Positions 63,465 to 64,000 of a DNA stretch of 64,000 nucleotides are shown piece after piece. A program made the position numbers and the translations under genes. Source of the stretch: an uncultured Spirochaetota bacterium (GTDB taxonomy: Bacteria; Spirochaetota; UBA4802; UBA5550); the NCBI GenBank assembly GCA_963827275.1, contig CAWHAA010000005.1:745977-809976 (forward strand), written 5' to 3'. How positions within the stretch are numbered: position 1 is the stretch's first letter; every line of letters starts with the position of its first letter. The notes beneath the pieces are model-generated. The model saw only the letters and a list, made by a program, of their open reading frames with translations, was not told the origin of the DNA and searched no databases.

Positions 63465-64000
63465 TCAGAACGAGAAGCCGAGGCCGATCACCGGTCCCTT
63501 GATCGTCATGTCCAGCGAGTCGCGGCCCTTCTCGAAATCGTAGTTCAGGTTGCGATAGCCCACGCGGACATCGAAACCACAGGCGCAGTCGTAGACGAAC
63601 TGCGGCGACAGTTCCCAGGTGAGGTCCGAGTCGCCGGCGCCGATCGACATGGTCGGGCTGAAGCTCCAGTTGCGCGACAGCGCCAGGCGCGGTCAGGCGA
63701 GGATGCCGTCGTAGACGGTGTTGTCCGCATCGCGCTGCCCACGTCCTCGATCGAGAGCTGGGTGTCGAACTTCGCGTAGCGGATGCCGACCTGCACGTCG
63801 ATGGTCGAGCGCTCGCTCATGTGGACGCGGTAACCGGTGGCCACGGTGGCCAGCGTGGAGTCGAGCTCGAGATCGGCGTCGCGGCCCGGGAAACGGGTAT
63901 CGACATCGCCGGTATCCAGGCCCAGGTAGTCCACCATCGCGTAGCTGACCCAGTCCCCCACATTGCCCTCGAGCAGCACCGAGCCGGCCATGTCGAGACG
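63465..64000 (-). CDS. Outer-membrane beta-barrel protein, partial and frameshifted
   Basis: IGAGDSDLTW...VGYRNLNYD...GPVIGLGFSF; runs off the window end. Confidence 0.7.

Overview
Bacterial chromosomal DNA: GC-rich coding regions with AT-rich intergenic regions. Gene content suggests an environmental spirochaete of the Leptospira-related side (inference only). 0.5-1.7 kb: Mop/TOBE protein and an HTH_17-PBP molybdate/tungstate regulator. 1.7-17.4 kb, minus strand: 8-PAS HisKA_3 kinase, NarL regulator, REC protein, MCP, cheA with a tandem MshEN-type motif, a degenerate double-tip MCP-like protein, STAS, cheY, cheW, two cheD, cheR, cheB. 17.7-47.7 kb: housekeeping and envelope genes, including nrdJ, TPR proteins, an ECF sigma/Spy unit, tldD/pmbA, a patatin-BamA fusion, holA-lptE, and a ~1,620-aa GH13 alpha-amylase/GT5 glycogen synthase fusion. 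47.9-59.7 kb: accessory lipid-scavenging island (two OM beta-barrels, two lipases, 7TM-AraC, M28 peptidase) with unusual non-coding structure: a 10x44-bp palindromic tandem array, an 86-bp inverted duplicated promoter, a dispersed ~140-bp element, and a folded RNA-like tract at the right edge. After ~61.58 kb the sequence looks chimeric, with truncated gene pieces joined without intergenic DNA. Many genes, including holA, carry single-base frameshifts that look like read/assembly errors. No rRNA, tRNA, CRISPR array or intact transposase was found.
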